In this document: in pieces, positions 27,603 to 39,979 of the stretch
Layout of the letters: every line of letters begins with the position of its first letter
How positions within the stretch are numbered: position 1 is the stretch's first letter
DNA from: Myxococcota bacterium
Lineage (GTDB): Bacteria > Myxococcota > Myxococcia > Myxococcales > Myxococcaceae
Length of the DNA: 50,875 bases
Reading direction: 5' to 3'
Assembly (NCBI GenBank): GCA_049322255.1
Contig: JBMORE010000187.1
Location: 1-50,875 of the forward strand
Program-made: the position numbers and the translations under genes
The notes under the pieces: generated by a model
Told to the model about the DNA's origin: nothing
The model's input: the letters and a program-made list of their open reading frames with translations, nothing else
Database searches by the model: none

Positions 27603-29759
27603 ATGTTCCTCAAGAAGAGTGTTCAGTTTGGCGAAGGTGAGCTGTCCATCGAAACCGGCCGCATGGCCAAGCAGGCCGACGGTGCGGTGGTGGTGCGCTT
27701 TGGCGACACCATGACCCTGGTCACCGCGGTGAGCGCGAGAGAGAAGAAAGACGTCGACTTCCTCCCCCTCACCGTGGAGTACAAAGAGAATCTCTACTCG
27801 GCCGGCAAGATTCCCGGCAGCTACTTCAAGCGCGAGGGCCGCCTCACCGAGAAGGAAACCCTCACCTCGCGGCTGATCGACCGCCCTTGCCGCCCGCTGT
27901 TCCCCGAAGGCTACGCCTACGAGACCCAAATCATCGCCAACGTCATCTCCTCCGACGCGCAGAACGAGGGCGACGTGCACGGCATCACCGGCGCGTCGGC
28001 GGCGTTGATGTGCTCCGACATTCCCTTCCACGGCCCCATCGCCGGGGTGCGGGTGGGCCGGGTCGAGGGCAAGCTCATCGCCAACCCCACCGCCAAGCAG
28101 CGGGCGGTGTCCGACATGGACATCGTGATGGCCTGCTCGCGCGACGCGATCGTGATGGTCGAAGGCGGCGCCGAGGAAGTCTCTGAAGCTGACATGGTGG
28201 CGGCGCTGCAGTTCGGCCACCAGGCGGTGCAGCCGGTGCTCGAGCTGCAGCTGGCGATGCGCCGGGAGCTGGGCAAGACGGAGCGCGCCTACGAGAAGCT
28301 GCCCGCGCACGACGAGGCCCTCAAGGCGACGGTGAAGGCGCTCGCCTTCGATGGAATCAAGAAGGCCTACGGCATCAAGGAAAAGGGCCCCCGCTACGAA
28401 GCGCTCGGTGCCGGCAAGAAGGAGCTGGTGGCCAAGCTGAAGGCGGAGATGGGTGAGGCTTTCACCGCGCAGAGCGAGAAGAGCGCCAAGGCCATCTACG
28501 AAGACTTGAAGTACGAGCACATGCGCGCCATCACCGTGGCGGGCGGGCGCATCGGCGATCGCCGACACGACGAGGTGCGGCAGATCACCTGCGAGGTGGG
28601 GGTGCTCCCGCGCACCCACGGCTCGGCGCTCTTCACCCGTGGCGAGACGCAGGCGCTGGTGGTCACCACCTTGGGGACCGCGGAGGACGAGCAGCGCCTG
28701 GAGCTGCTCACCGGGCAGGCCTTCCGCAAGTTCATGCTCCACTACAACTTCCCGCCCTTCTCGGTGAACGAGACCAAGCCCTTGCGTGGGCCGGGCCGGC
28801 GGGAGATCGGCCACGGGGCGCTGGCGGAGCGGGCGCTGCGCAACATGCTCCCCAAGAGCGAGACGTTCCCCTACACCGTGCGCATCGTGAGCGACATTCT
28901 CGAGTCCAACGGCAGCTCGTCGATGGCCTCGGTGTGCGGCGGCACGCTGGCGCTGATGGACGCAGGCGTGCCGGTCAAAGCCCCGGTGGCCGGCATCGCC
29001 ATGGGCTTGGTGAAGGAGGGCGAGCAGGTGGCGATCCTCTCCGACATCCTTGGTGACGAAGACCACCTGGGGGACATGGACTTCAAGGTGTGCGGCACCA
29101 AGCAGGGCATCACCTCGATCCAGATGGACATCAAGATTGCCGGCCTCACCACTCAGATCATGCAGCGCGCGCTGGAGCAAGCGCGGGTAGGGCGCCTGCA
29201 CATCTTGGGAAAGATGCTCGAGGCGCTGGCCGAGCCGCGCAAGGAGATCAGCCCTTATGCGCCGCGGATCACCACCATCACCATTCGTCCCGAGTACATC
29301 AAGAACGTCATCGGGCCGGGCGGCAAGGTGATCAAGGACATCATCGCCCGCACCGGGTGCTCGATTAACATCGAGGACTCGGGCCGGGTGGACATCGCCT
29401 CGGCCGACGGCGAGGCGGTGAAGCAGGCGATCTCGATGATCCAGGCGCTCACCCGCGAGGCCGAGGTGGGCAAAATCTACCTGGGCACGGTGCGGAAGAT
29501 CGCCGAGTTCGGAGCCTTCGTCGAAATCTTCCCCGGCACCGATGGCTTGATTCACATCTCCGAGCTGTCCGACAAGCGCGTCAAGTCAGTCTCCGACGTG
29601 CTCAAGGAGGGCGACGAGGTGATGGTGAAGGTCATCTCCATCGACAAGACCGGGAAGATCCGCCTCTCGCGCAAGGAAGCGCTCGCCGAGCGTCAAGCCC
29701 AGGCGCAAGGTGCCACTCCTCCCGCTCCCGCCGCCGAGCAGCCCAAGGCGAAGGCGTAG
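27603..29759 (+). CDS. pnp: polyribonucleotide nucleotidyltransferase
   Basis: [64 protein letters not shown] and S1 domains. Confidence 0.99.
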   Translation: MFLKKSVQFGEGELSIETGRMAKQADGAVVVRFGDTMTLVTAVSAREKKDVDFLPLTVEYKENLYSAGKIPGSYFKREGRLTEKETLTSRLIDRPCRPLFPEGYAYETQIIANVISSDAQNEGDVHGITGASAALMCSDIPFHGPIAGVRVGRVEGKLIANPTAKQRAVSDMDIVMACSRDAIVMVEGGAEEVSEADMVAALQFGHQAVQPVLELQLAMRRELGKTERAYEKLPAHDEALKATVKALAFDGIKKAYGIKEKGPRYEALGAGKKELVAKLKAEMGEAFTAQSEKSAKAIYEDLKYEHMRAITVAGGRIGDRRHDEVRQITCEVGVLPRTHGSALFTRGETQALVVTTLGTAEDEQRLELLTGQAFRKFMLHYNFPPFSVNETKPLRGPGRREIGHGALAERALRNMLPKSETFPYTVRIVSDILESNGSSSMASVCGGTLALMDAGVPVKAPVAGIAMGLVKEGEQVAILSDILGDEDHLGDMDFKVCGTKQGITSIQMDIKIAGLTTQIMQRALEQARVGRLHILGKMLEALAEPRKEISPYAPRITTITIRPEYIKNVIGPGGKVIKDIIARTGCSINIEDSGRVDIASADGEAVKQAISMIQALTREAEVGKIYLGTVRKIAEFGAFVEIFPGTDGLIHISELSDKRVKSVSDVLKEGDEVMVKVISIDKTGKIRLSRKEALAERQAQAQGATPPAPAAEQPKAKA

Positions 29760-29769
29760 GCGCGGCGCA

Positions 29770-29803
29770 CCCTCTCCCTCTGGGAGAGGGTAGGGGTGAG
29801 GGG
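29770..29803 (+). repeat. palindromic triplex-type repeat, copy D (after pnp)
   Basis: CCCTCTCCCTCTGGGAGAGGGTAGGGGTGAGGGG. Confidence 0.9.
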
Positions 29804-29806
29804 CGA

Positions 29807-30652
29807 GTGCTCAACCGCCACGCCATCGTCCTGTACCTGGGGCTCGCGGCGCTCCTGCTCTTGAGGGCGCCGCCCGGCGGCAGTCTCGCCACGCTGGGCG
29901 CTGCGTTCATCGTACTCGTCGGTGGATTGCTCCTCGACGCCGGTGAGCCGGGGAGCCCCCGCACGGCTGCGGCGCACCTGCTCCAAGCGACCGCGGTGGT
30001 GATGCTCCTCTTCACCGCCGTTCGCCACCTCGTCATCGACGGAACTTCCTCGCTGCACCTGGTGCTCGCCGAGGGAGGCATCGCCGTCGCCTCGCTGGGC
30101 GTGCTCCTGGAGATGCGCCTGTCCTACGCGGCGCTGAGGAAAGGAGTGGCGGTGCAGGCGGCAGGCGACGGGCTGTACCTCGCCGCCGTCGGCGTGTCGC
30201 TGGTCGGGCGCACCGAGACACCCAGCACCATTGGCTGGGTGTTCATCGCCATCGCCGGGCTGCTCGGGCTCTACGCGGCGGTGACCAATCTCCTCTTGCA
30301 GTTCGGTCGTCTGAAGAACCCGCAGGCCGGGTGGCGCTTTCGGGTTCTGGAGCTGAATGAGACCGCACTGCGGCTCAAGACACCCGGAGGCGAGAGCCGC
30401 ATCGAGCTTCGCCACATCGAGTCGGTGAAGCGGCTCGATGAACGGCACCTCTTGCTCGTGCTCCCCTCGCCGCTGCCGCCGGAGCTGAAGACTTCCGGCC
30501 TCCCCTTCGAAGAGCTGCGCGAGGGCGCCGAGCCGGTCATCAGCGAAACCGCACCACCGCCTGCGCGTTACGGCTTCATCCTCCACGAGCAGGAGCTGGG
30601 CCGAGCGCTCACCGACGCCGAGGCCGTGCTTCAAAAGAATCCCACGCACTAA
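29807..30652 (+). CDS. hypothetical membrane protein
   Basis: About 6 hydrophobic segments followed by a soluble C-terminal domain. Confidence 0.75.
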   Translation: MLNRHAIVLYLGLAALLLLRAPPGGSLATLGAAFIVLVGGLLLDAGEPGSPRTAAAHLLQATAVVMLLFTAVRHLVIDGTSSLHLVLAEGGIAVASLGVLLEMRLSYAALRKGVAVQAAGDGLYLAAVGVSLVGRTETPSTIGWVFIAIAGLLGLYAAVTNLLLQFGRLKNPQAGWRFRVLELNETALRLKTPGGESRIELRHIESVKRLDERHLLLVLPSPLPPELKTSGLPFEELREGAEPVISETAPPPARYGFILHEQELGRALTDAEAVLQKNPTH

Positions 30653-30670
30653 CAACAGGTTGCCGGTCGG

Positions 30671-31075
30671 CTACTCCCCGCAGCTCTGCGCCGGCCAACG
30701 GAAGAAACGCGCGTGCACCCGCCCGTAGGTGAACATGCCCAAGGCGATGCCCGCGAGAGTCGCCAGCACGTAGAAGCGCCCCTCGCCCAGCTGTGCGAAC
30801 ACCACCCCGGGGCAGGTACCGGTGAGCGCCCAGCCCAACCCGAAGAGCACGGCGCCGGGCAGGGTGCCCGGAGTGAACAGCGGACTGGCGTCGCGCGCCT
30901 GAAGGACACGGAAGGCGGCGAAGCTCAAGCCGACTCCACCGGCGAAGGTGAAAAGCAGGCGCAAGTCCTCGAGGGCGAACATGGCGCGCACCTGACCGAA
31001 ATCGGTGAAGCCGATGAAGCAGAGGGCAAACCCAAACGAAAGCCCTAAGCCGGCCGCCACCAGATGGTTTCTCAC
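30671..31075 (-). CDS. YeeE/YedE family (DUF6691-like) sulfur-compound transporter subunit
   Basis: [23 protein letters not shown]. Confidence 0.85.
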   Translation of the reverse strand: MRNHLVAAGLGLSFGFALCFIGFTDFGQVRAMFALEDLRLLFTFAGGVGLSFAAFRVLQARDASPLFTPGTLPGAVLFGLGWALTGTCPGVVFAQLGEGRFYVLATLAGIALGMFTYGRVHARFFRWPAQSCGE

Positions 31076-31689
31076 GAAAGCACCTTGTTCCACAGCAACG
31101 TGACCGCCACCGCCACGCCGAGGAAGGTCGCCGTCGCCGAAAGGCTGGCGGGCCGAAGCCGCGAGCACCCCGACAACCCGTGGCCCGAGGTGCAGCCGCC
31201 CGACATGCGCGTACCGAAGCCGACGAGGAAGCCGCCCAGCGCGAGCGCGGCCGAGGCCTGTGCCACCCCGCCGTAGGTCGTCAGGAGCGCGGCGTCGAGG
31301 GAGAACCCCGCCTGCCTTCCGCGAAGCAGACCCGCCAGGGCGCCGCCGACCGCCACCATCGCCAAAAAGACTGCGTGCACCGACACCGGCAGCCGTTTGG
31401 ACGCCGCCGGCGGTGGGGCTTTGGGCACATCGACGTCGGCGACGCTTGCTCCTTGGGCCAGCGCTTGTTCCCCGAAGGCCTCCAGGGTTGCCGCCCGCAG
31501 CGCCTCGGCCGCCTTGGCCTCGTCATCGCCCAGCCGGGCCTCGAGCTCCGCCCGCTTTCTCTCGGCACGCAGCTCGAGCAACCGTCCGAAGGCGCCTGAA
31601 GCGCCCAGCGGCCGCCCCAGCGCGCGGTAGTAGACCGCGGCGATGGTTCCGAGCGCGAGCGCCCCCGCCCACCAGGGCCAGTAGGTCAT
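31072..31689 (-). CDS. YeeE/YedE family sulfur-compound transporter subunit
   Basis: [39 protein letters not shown]. Confidence 0.9.
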   Translation of the reverse strand: MTYWPWWAGALALGTIAAVYYRALGRPLGASGAFGRLLELRAERKRAELEARLGDDEAKAAEALRAATLEAFGEQALAQGASVADVDVPKAPPPAASKRLPVSVHAVFLAMVAVGGALAGLLRGRQAGFSLDAALLTTYGGVAQASAALALGGFLVGFGTRMSGGCTSGHGLSGCSRLRPASLSATATFLGVAVAVTLLWNKVLS

Positions 31690-31880
31690 CACTTGGGGAC
31701 CTCGAGCAGTTTGCCGTTGGGGAGCAGGTTCTTGGGCACCTTCTCGCCTGAGCAGCCCAGCGTGTAGCGCGCGCAGTTGTGGAACTGCCCCTCGCAGTAG
31801 TTCACCTTCCAGACTTTGAGGAGGCTTTCCAAACGGAACTGCGCATACAGCTCACAACTGGGAATGTGGGGGCAGTTCAT
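31689..31880 (-). CDS. small Cys-rich hypothetical protein (63 aa)
   Basis: [12 protein letters not shown]...[12 protein letters not shown]...[20 protein letters not shown] coupling to the YeeE gene. Confidence 0.8.
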   Translation of the reverse strand: MNCPHIPSCELYAQFRLESLLKVWKVNYCEGQFHNCARYTLGCSGEKVPKNLLPNGKLLEVPK

Positions 31881-31997
31881 CGAAAGCTCCTGGCTGGCAG
31901 ATTCCTCGGTTTTAGGCTTCGGGTCAGGTTTTTGGAAAGGCCCTTGCAGTCGAGATCCAATCGCTCCGTCGTTCGTTTGAGCCACTCGAGCGCTGCC

Positions 31998-32801
31998 ATG
32001 GCCGCCTTCCCTACATCGCCGCTGGGCCCACCTCCTCGCCGCGGCAACTTCGTCACCAACGTGTCGACGTTCTTCGGCTTTTTCCGGTGGGCGTTCATGC
32101 CGCTGGGGTTGTTCGCCCTGGTGGCGGTGGGAGTACACGCGGCCGCCGATACGCTGGATGACCGCATCCTGTGGCTTTTGGACCACGCCGACGCCCTCTT
32201 CGACGGGCTCTTCGCGCGCTTCGAAGCCACGCAGTCGCTGGTGCACTGGGTGGGCATCGAGCAGCGCACCCTCTTTTCCCGGGCAGTGACGCTGGGGTGG
32301 GAAATCGCCGCCGATCTCGCGGTGGCGTTGCCGCTCTTCGGCTACCGCGAGGAGGACCCAAAAGCCAAGGCGCGTGCCCTCACCCTGCTGCCCAAGACCC
32401 GAACCTGGCGGGGACTGTTCAAAAAGCTGGTGGCTCGCCCCACCTCGATGCGCCTTTTGCGGCCGCTGGCGACCCTGTCGCTCGTCCTCGCCGGAGCCTG
32501 TGCCATCGCTCGCATGGTGCAGGGGGCCCTCTACTTCTCCTTGCGCGAGGGCGTTCTGGGAGACGACGTTGCGGGGCCGGCCGCGCGGGTCGCTGCCTTA
32601 GGGGCGCTGTTCCTGGTGCTCGCCACTCTGGGCTGGCGCGCGGTCCTGAGAAACCTTCAGCACGCCGACGCGGTGAGCGAGGAGGCGGCGAAGAACCGTT
32701 TTCGCGCGATGACCGCCGGGTGGTTGGGCTCGGCGGTGGTGGCGCCCCTGGCGCTGGCCGCGCTCATCGACGCGTCTCCGCTCCTGTCCTTCTTCCGCTG
32801 A
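31998..32801 (+). CDS. hypothetical integral membrane protein
   Basis: About 5 TM segments; coding-like composition; stop 2 nt before the next gene. Confidence 0.8.
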   Translation: MAAFPTSPLGPPPRRGNFVTNVSTFFGFFRWAFMPLGLFALVAVGVHAAADTLDDRILWLLDHADALFDGLFARFEATQSLVHWVGIEQRTLFSRAVTLGWEIAADLAVALPLFGYREEDPKAKARALTLLPKTRTWRGLFKKLVARPTSMRLLRPLATLSLVLAGACAIARMVQGALYFSLREGVLGDDVAGPAARVAALGALFLVLATLGWRAVLRNLQHADAVSEEAAKNRFRAMTAGWLGSAVVAPLALAALIDASPLLSFFR

Positions 32802-32803
32802 CC

Positions 32804-33871
32804 ATGTTCTCCCACCGCGCCAGAGGGCTCGTCGACTTCCTCGCGGCGGCTCTGTGTCTGTGGGCGGCGGCGTACCACACGCCCGTCGGCGCCGGGGTGC
32901 GGGGCGTGGGCGGGCGCCTCTTGGGAGTGAAGAGCTCGGCGCAGCCGCTGCTCGCCTACTACAGCGGCGGGGTTTACTCGGCGCACGAGGTGAAGACGCC
33001 GCTCGAGCCACCGATGCCCGCGCAACTTGCCGCCGCCTCCGCCGAGCTCTCCCGCTCCGAGGGGCTTGGCTACGGCGTTTGGGCGGTGTGGAGTCAGCTG
33101 TCTTTTGAGCAACGTCGGTCCTTCGCGGCATCGGGGCTCGACTCGGCGACCCTGCTCGATCCGCTCAGTGGCCCTGACCAGATGACTCGCCTCGTGGGGG
33201 ACGCCTCGCGGAAGTGGGGCTCGGAGGAGGTGGCGGTGCTTTCCCTCTTCGGAGGCCAGGAACCGGCGCGCTACGCCTCCGAGCGGGCGCGGGCCGAGGG
33301 TTCGGGTCTCACCCTCGATGAGTTGGCGCGCCACCTCCCACCGGGTTTCGACGAGCAGGTGGGGTTGGCCTCGCAGGCGATGGCGTTGGGCACCGCCTAC
33401 GCCTTGAGCTGGCCAGTGCCGGCGTGGGCGAAGGTCACCTCTCCTTTTGGCATGCGCCAGCACCCCTTGCTCGGTGGCCGGCGCATGCACACCGGGGTCG
33501 ACTTGGGGGTGCCTACGGGGACTTTGGTGCGCGCGGTAGAGCGGGGAGTGGTGCGGCGAGCCAGTGAAGACCACGTCAACGGCAAAGTGCTGGTGGTGGA
33601 CCACGGGCGTGGCGTCACCACCGCCTACTGCCACAACTCGGCGCTCCTGGTGGTGCCCGGTCAGCAGGTGGAGAAGGGTCAGATCATCGCCCGCTCCGGG
33701 AGTACGGGCCGCTCCACCGGACCGCATCTGCACTACCAGCTCGAGCTGGGCGGGATGCCGATGGATCCCTTCCTTTTCAAGCAGCTCTTGACGAATGCGC
33801 CGGAACGGGTAGGTGTGAAGGGCCGTGACGAGAGTGACGCTCAAAGTCTCGCGGACGCGACCGAGCTCTGA
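32804..33871 (+). CDS. M23 family metallopeptidase
   Basis: [35 protein letters not shown]. Confidence 0.93.
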   Translation: MFSHRARGLVDFLAAALCLWAAAYHTPVGAGVRGVGGRLLGVKSSAQPLLAYYSGGVYSAHEVKTPLEPPMPAQLAAASAELSRSEGLGYGVWAVWSQLSFEQRRSFAASGLDSATLLDPLSGPDQMTRLVGDASRKWGSEEVAVLSLFGGQEPARYASERARAEGSGLTLDELARHLPPGFDEQVGLASQAMALGTAYALSWPVPAWAKVTSPFGMRQHPLLGGRRMHTGVDLGVPTGTLVRAVERGVVRRASEDHVNGKVLVVDHGRGVTTAYCHNSALLVVPGQQVEKGQIIARSGSTGRSTGPHLHYQLELGGMPMDPFLFKQLLTNAPERVGVKGRDESDAQSLADATEL

Positions 33872-34274
33872 CCTGCCCCTGCCGCGCTACGAGAGCGAGC
33901 TCGCCGCCGGGCTCGACCTGCGCGCTGACGTGGAAGCGCCTTTGACGCTGGCTCCGTTCGAGCGCTTCGCGGTGCCCACCGGGCTGCACATCGAAGTGCC
34001 CGTGGGCTACGAGGGCCAGGTGCGGCCCCGCTCGGGGTTGGCGCTGCGGCACGGTATCACCTGCCTCAACTCCCCCGGCACCATCGACGCCGACTATCGC
34101 GGCGAGGTGAAGGTGCTGCTCGTCAACTTCTCCAACACTCCCTTCACCCTCCAGCGGGGAGAACGAATCGCTCAGCTGGTCATCGCTCCCGTCGCCCGCG
34201 CCGAGGTAGTCGACGTCGCCCAGTTGGGGGAAACCAATCGAGGATTCGGGGGTTTTGGCTCGACGGGTCGCTAA
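33825..34274 (+). CDS. dut: dUTP diphosphatase
   Basis: [35 protein letters not shown]. Confidence 0.98.
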   Translation: MTRVTLKVSRTRPSSDLPLPRYESELAAGLDLRADVEAPLTLAPFERFAVPTGLHIEVPVGYEGQVRPRSGLALRHGITCLNSPGTIDADYRGEVKVLLVNFSNTPFTLQRGERIAQLVIAPVARAEVVDVAQLGETNRGFGGFGSTGR

Positions 34275-34369
34275 AACGGCCCTTCCTTGATGTGGGCCCC
34301 GGCGGCGCGATAAAAACCATCGTCCGATTCAGGCCTTAGGCTTAGGGTCGGAGCCGGGAGCACCCCTCG

Positions 34370-36664
34370 TTGCTTTGTTACCGTTGCGGCAGTCACGTCC
34401 CCGACTCCAGCGACACTTGCGGGAGCTGCGGCCAGAAGCTGGCCGGTGGCGGCGTGCGTCAAGCGACTGCCACCTTCTCGCGAAAGCGCCCAGGACAAAA
34501 CGTCGTCGAGGGCGCGCCCTTCAAGCCGGGCGAGTTGATCGCCAACCGCTACGACATCAAGGACACGGTGGGCGCTGGCCCCTTGGGCTTCGTCTTTCGG
34601 GCGCACGACAAAGAGATCGACGTCGAGGTTGCGCTCAAGGTGATTCACCCCCGGCTTCTACAAACCGCGGAAGAGCGCCGAGCCTTCGCCAAGGTCATTC
34701 ACAGCGCTCGCAAGCTCTCTCACCCCAACCTGGCCCGGGTGTACGAGGAAGGTGAGGACAAAGACCGCCCCTTCTTCTCCATGCAGTTTCTCGAAGGGTT
34801 GTCTTTACGGAAAATCATCGACCTGCGCCTGAGCAAGGGCCAGTTCTTCTCCTTGCGGGAGATTGAGCCCATCCTCACCCAGGTGGGGGCAGCCTTGGAG
34901 GGCGCGCACAAGGTCGGCCCTCACTCGGACTTGAAGCCAGAGAACGTGGTGGTGTTGCCCGACTTGCTCAAGGTCACCGACTTCGGAGTCGGCCTGGCGA
35001 TGCCCCGGCTGCCCTTCGTGCAGGCGGTGAAGGCGCGCAAGGCCGATCGCTACCTGGCTCCCGAGTTCGTCGAGGGCGGGGAGATCGACCACCGCGCCGA
35101 CATCTTCTCCCTGGGAGTCATTCTGGGAGAGATGCTCTCGGGGTTGACCCCCGACGGGGCGATTCCCGAGCTTGGGCGACGCAACCCCGAGGTGCCGCCA
35201 GCGGTCGAAGGCCTCTACCGCCGCGCGCTCAACCAAAACCCGCTCGCCCGCTTCAAATCCGCCCAGGAGATGGTGGAGGAGCTCGCCGACATCTCCCGCC
35301 GCGTCTTGCCGCCGCCGCTCAAGTCGAAGCCCGAGCCAGCCAGCGAGGGTCCTTCGTCGCGTCCGCGGCCCGGGGGCGGGGCGGCCCTGCAGCTGTCACC
35401 ACGAAGGACGATCGAGAAGCCGCCTCCTCCGGTGCCCGAGAGCGCCCTGTTGGGCTCGGAGTCCGACGCGATTCAGCTCGAAAGCGGGGAGGTCGAGGCG
35501 CTGCCCTCCGACGCCACCCAGCCGGTCGATTCGTCGCAGCTGCCCTCCGACCTGTTTCCTCCCTCGCCTCCGCCGGAGTCGCACGAGCCGACCGAGGTGG
35601 TGCTCTCCGGTCCCTCGCCCGCGCGCGATCACGAGCGCCCCGAGCCCCTTCCACCTCCTCGCCCGCAGCCCAACCGCAGCCGTTCGGCCATCTGGCTCTT
35701 GGTGCTCACCGTGTCAGGGTTGATCACTGGTTCGGCAGGCGGCTACTTCGTGTTGCAGAAGATGCGGCAGCGGCCGCCGACGGTTACGCCGCCCCGGGAG
35801 GACTCCCGCGCGCGCGAGGAAGAACGGCGCAAGGAGGCCGAGCGGCTCGCCGAAGAACGACGTCTGACGCTGGCGCGCCAAAAAGCCGAGGAAGAGCGGC
35901 GGGCGGCGGAGGNNNNNNNNNNACAAGAGCGCCAAGCGGAAACGGAACGGCGGCTCGCCGAAGAACGGCAAGCGGCGGAGGAGAAGAAGAAAGCCGAGGA
36001 GCGCCGCAAAGAGGAGGAGCGTCGGGTCGCCGAGGAGAAGAAGGAAGAGGTGAAGGTCGTCTCGGCCAAGCTGGTGGGTGATGCCCGCTGTCCCGAAGGC
36101 ATGCGTCTGGTGGGGGCTGGGGTGTTTCGCATGGGTACCTCCGCCGACGACCCAATGCGCGGTTTCGACGAGAGAAGCCTCGCCGCCGTCGACGTGCCCG
36201 CGTTCTGCATCGACGCCTACGAGTACCCCAACCGTCGAGGGGTGACTCCCACGGTGAACGTGAGCTGGAACGACGCACGGCGGTTGTGCGACGGCCGCGG
36301 AAAGCGGCTGTGCGCGGAGGAGGAGTGGGAAAAGGCCTGCAAGGGTCCGGGCAACGCGCGCTTCCCTTACGGCAACGGGTTCGACCCCAACGCCTGCAAC
36401 ACCGAGGACGAAACGGGGGAGGACCGCCGCCTGGCGCTCTCCGGCAGCTTCCCCAAGTGCCGTTCGGGGTTTGGTGTGGCCGACTTGTCGGGCAACGTCG
36501 CGGAGTGGACCGCCAGCCAGTACGCCGCCAACCAGGACAAGGCCATCAAGGGCGGCGCGTTCGATCGGCCGGATTATGCGACGCGCTGCTCGGCGCGTAA
36601 GAACGGCTCGCCCAACGTGCGCGCCGCGGAGGTCGGTTTTCGCTGCTGCGCGAGCCCGAAGTAG
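34370..36664 (+). CDS. zinc-ribbon + Ser/Thr kinase-like + TM + coiled coil + SUMF1/FGE-sulfatase domain protein
   Basis: CYRCG..CGSCG; VALK, HSDLKPEN, DFG, YLAPE; TM; RCPEGM, FCIDAYEYPN, RLC.EEEWEKAC, DLSGNVAEW, GFRCC; spans a 10-N gap. Confidence 0.88.
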   Translation: MLCYRCGSHVPDSSDTCGSCGQKLAGGGVRQATATFSRKRPGQNVVEGAPFKPGELIANRYDIKDTVGAGPLGFVFRAHDKEIDVEVALKVIHPRLLQTAEERRAFAKVIHSARKLSHPNLARVYEEGEDKDRPFFSMQFLEGLSLRKIIDLRLSKGQFFSLREIEPILTQVGAALEGAHKVGPHSDLKPENVVVLPDLLKVTDFGVGLAMPRLPFVQAVKARKADRYLAPEFVEGGEIDHRADIFSLGVILGEMLSGLTPDGAIPELGRRNPEVPPAVEGLYRRALNQNPLARFKSAQEMVEELADISRRVLPPPLKSKPEPASEGPSSRPRPGGGAALQLSPRRTIEKPPPPVPESALLGSESDAIQLESGEVEALPSDATQPVDSSQLPSDLFPPSPPPESHEPTEVVLSGPSPARDHERPEPLPPPRPQPNRSRSAIWLLVLTVSGLITGSAGGYFVLQKMRQRPPTVTPPREDSRAREEERRKEAERLAEERRLTLARQKAEEERRAAEXXXXQERQAETERRLAEERQAAEEKKKAEERRKEEERRVAEEKKEEVKVVSAKLVGDARCPEGMRLVGAGVFRMGTSADDPMRGFDERSLAAVDVPAFCIDAYEYPNRRGVTPTVNVSWNDARRLCDGRGKRLCAEEEWEKACKGPGNARFPYGNGFDPNACNTEDETGEDRRLALSGSFPKCRSGFGVADLSGNVAEWTASQYAANQDKAIKGGAFDRPDYATRCSARKNGSPNVRAAEVGFRCCASPK
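35913..35922. other. assembly gap (10 N)
   Basis: Run of N in the low-complexity coiled-coil region. Confidence 1.
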
Positions 36665-36675
36665 TGGGGGACGTC

Positions 36676-37617
36676 ATGAGACATACCCGGGTGGCCCAGC
36701 TCGTCCTCGCGGCGCTCTTTTGTGCCGGGCAGGCCCGCGCTGGCCGTCCCAGGGTGGTGGTGGTGAAGTCGTCGCAGCTGGCGGCTTACACCTCGGTGGT
36801 CGCCGGCTTCTCCGCCGAGGTGCGAGGCGAGGTGACCGAGGTGGTGCTCGAGGAGGGTGCCGGCGCCGCGGCGAAGACGTTCGAAAAAATCGCCTCCGAC
36901 GCGCCGGCGCTGGTGCTGGCGATTGGCCCCGCGGCGGCCAACGGCGCCAAGCGCGCGTTCACCCAAGTGCCGGTGATTTTCGCCATGGTGCCCTACTACG
37001 AGAAGTATGGGCTCGAGGGGCCCAAGGTGACCGGCATCGCTCTGACCAGCGATCTCTCGGTCGAGTTGGAGACGCTCAAGGCGGTGGCGCCGGGCACACG
37101 CCGCGTGGGTGTTCTCGAAGATCCGAGGTACTCGGCGAAGGTGGTGCGCGAGGCGCAGGAGGCGGCGACGCGGGCGGGGCTGACGGTGGTGCCGCTGGAG
37201 GTCGACAGCGCGGCCAAGACAGACAAGACGCTCGAGGGTGCACGGGGAAAGGTCGACGCGCTCTTGATGGTGGTCGACAAGACCGTGGGCAACGCCGCGG
37301 TGGTGAAAAAGCTCATCGCCTTCAGCGAAGAACAGAAGATTCCTCTGGTGGGGCTCTCGGCCAGCCAGGTGAAGGAGGGCGCCACCTTTTCCCTCTCCCC
37401 CAGCCATACGGGAATCGGGCAGCAGGCGGGGCGGTTGGCCAACCGCATACTGCACGAGAGGGTCGACCCTGGAGCGCTGGCCGTGGCGCAACCCGAGGTG
37501 CTCGAGCTGGCGATGAACCTCTCCGCCGCCAAACGGCTGGGCTCGGCGTGTGACGTGGCTCTCGAAATCTTCAAGTTCGCTGCCGGGCGTGGTTACCCCA
37601 TCAAGGTCTACGAATGA
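36676..37617 (+). CDS. ABC-type substrate-binding protein (ABC_sub_bind-like)
   Basis: Signal peptide; LVLAIG..A, PVIF.MV, VTGI, RRVGV, V.EGA, IGQQAG.LA..IL, L.MNL..A..LG. Confidence 0.85.
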   Translation: MRHTRVAQLVLAALFCAGQARAGRPRVVVVKSSQLAAYTSVVAGFSAEVRGEVTEVVLEEGAGAAAKTFEKIASDAPALVLAIGPAAANGAKRAFTQVPVIFAMVPYYEKYGLEGPKVTGIALTSDLSVELETLKAVAPGTRRVGVLEDPRYSAKVVREAQEAATRAGLTVVPLEVDSAAKTDKTLEGARGKVDALLMVVDKTVGNAAVVKKLIAFSEEQKIPLVGLSASQVKEGATFSLSPSHTGIGQQAGRLANRILHERVDPGALAVAQPEVLELAMNLSAAKRLGSACDVALEIFKFAAGRGYPIKVYE

Positions 37618-37620
37618 TCT

Positions 37621-37655
37621 CCCCTCTCCCTGTGGGAGAGGGTAAGGGTGAGGGG
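37621..37655 (+). repeat. palindromic triplex-type repeat, copy E (before purB)
   Basis: CCCCTCTCCCTGTGGGAGAGGGTAAGGGTGAGGGG. Confidence 0.9.
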
Positions 37656-37657
37656 CT

Positions 37658-38986
<1,329 letters not shown>

Positions 38987-38996
38987 GGGGCGATTT

Positions 38997-39953
38997 CTAC
39001 AAGTACCCCTTCGCGCGCAGATTCTTCTCGATGCGCGCGCTCACCTCGCCCACCTTCAACGTCAGCGCCTCGCCGGTGATGCGCTCGTAGGCGGCGAGGT
39101 ACTTCTCCGCCAGCTCCACCCGCACCTCGTCGGGGATGGGCGGCGGCTTTCCCTGCCCAAAGAAGCCCCGCTCGCGAATGAGCCACTGGCGGATGTTCTC
39201 CTTGTCCAACATGCGTTGTTCCTCTCCTCTGGCCAGGCGCGCCTCGTACTCGTCGGCCACCCAGTACCGGCTGGAGTCGGGAGTGTGGATCTCGTCGATC
39301 AGCACCAGCTCGTCCCCGGCCTTCCCCAGCTCATACTTGGTGTCGACCAAGAGCAACCCGCGGGAGCGCGCCCACTTCTGCCCTTCGGAAAACAGCGCCA
39401 GCGCCGCCTCTTTGGCCTCCGCCAGGTCGCGCTCGGACAACAGCCCCCGGGCAACGATTTCCTTCTCGCTGATTGGCTCGTCGTGCGCACCGTACTCGGC
39501 TTTCGTCGTGGGGGTGAGAATCGGCCGCTCGAAGGCCTGGTCCTTTTTCATCGCCGCGTCCAAGGGCACCCCGTAGGCCAGGTGCGTTCCTTTTTGCAGG
39601 TCGCGCCACAGGCTGCCGGTGAGATAGCCGCGCACCACCAGCTCCACCGGGAAGGGTTGGCAGCGCCGCGCCACGGTGACGTTGGGGTCGGGCACGTCGA
39701 GCACGTGGTTCTTCACCACGTGCGCCGTCTTCTGGAACCAGAAGCTCGCCAGCCGGTTGAGGACCTCTCCCTTGAAGGGAATGGTGGTGAGCACGTGGTC
39801 GAACGCCGAGAGCCGATCGGTGGTGATGAGCACCAGGCGATCTCCTCTGCGGTAGGTGTCGCGGACCTTTCCCTGGTAGCGCTCCCCGAGCGAGGGAAAG
39901 TGCGTCTGCGCCAGCGTGTGCGGTAGCTGCTGAACGAGGAGGGGATGGGTCAT
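38997..39953 (-). CDS. purC: SAICAR synthase
   Basis: YQGKVRD, TDRLSAFD, VVRGYLTGS, TPTTKA, LVDTKYE, DEIHTPDSSRYW, DKE..RQWL. Confidence 0.97.
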   Translation of the reverse strand: MTHPLLVQQLPHTLAQTHFPSLGERYQGKVRDTYRRGDRLVLITTDRLSAFDHVLTTIPFKGEVLNRLASFWFQKTAHVVKNHVLDVPDPNVTVARRCQPFPVELVVRGYLTGSLWRDLQKGTHLAYGVPLDAAMKKDQAFERPILTPTTKAEYGAHDEPISEKEIVARGLLSERDLAEAKEAALALFSEGQKWARSRGLLLVDTKYELGKAGDELVLIDEIHTPDSSRYWVADEYEARLARGEEQRMLDKENIRQWLIRERGFFGQGKPPPIPDEVRVELAEKYLAAYERITGEALTLKVGEVSARIEKNLRAKGYL

Positions 39954-39979
39954 GGGCGCCTCGCAAAGAAGGCGCGACT

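Noticed and set aside
27333..29555. 740-aa antisense ORF over pnp, and similar long shadow ORFs over infB, nusA, ompA and the VIT gene
   Set aside because: Expected by-product of GC-rich codon bias opposite well-recognised genes
33825..33871. 47-nt overlap between the M23 gene and dut as a programmed frameshift
   Set aside because: No slippery site seen; a non-conserved M23 tail read-through is simpler
35780..36060. Repetitive purine-rich tract around the 10-N gap
   Set aside because: Low-complexity Glu/Arg/Lys coiled-coil coding sequence
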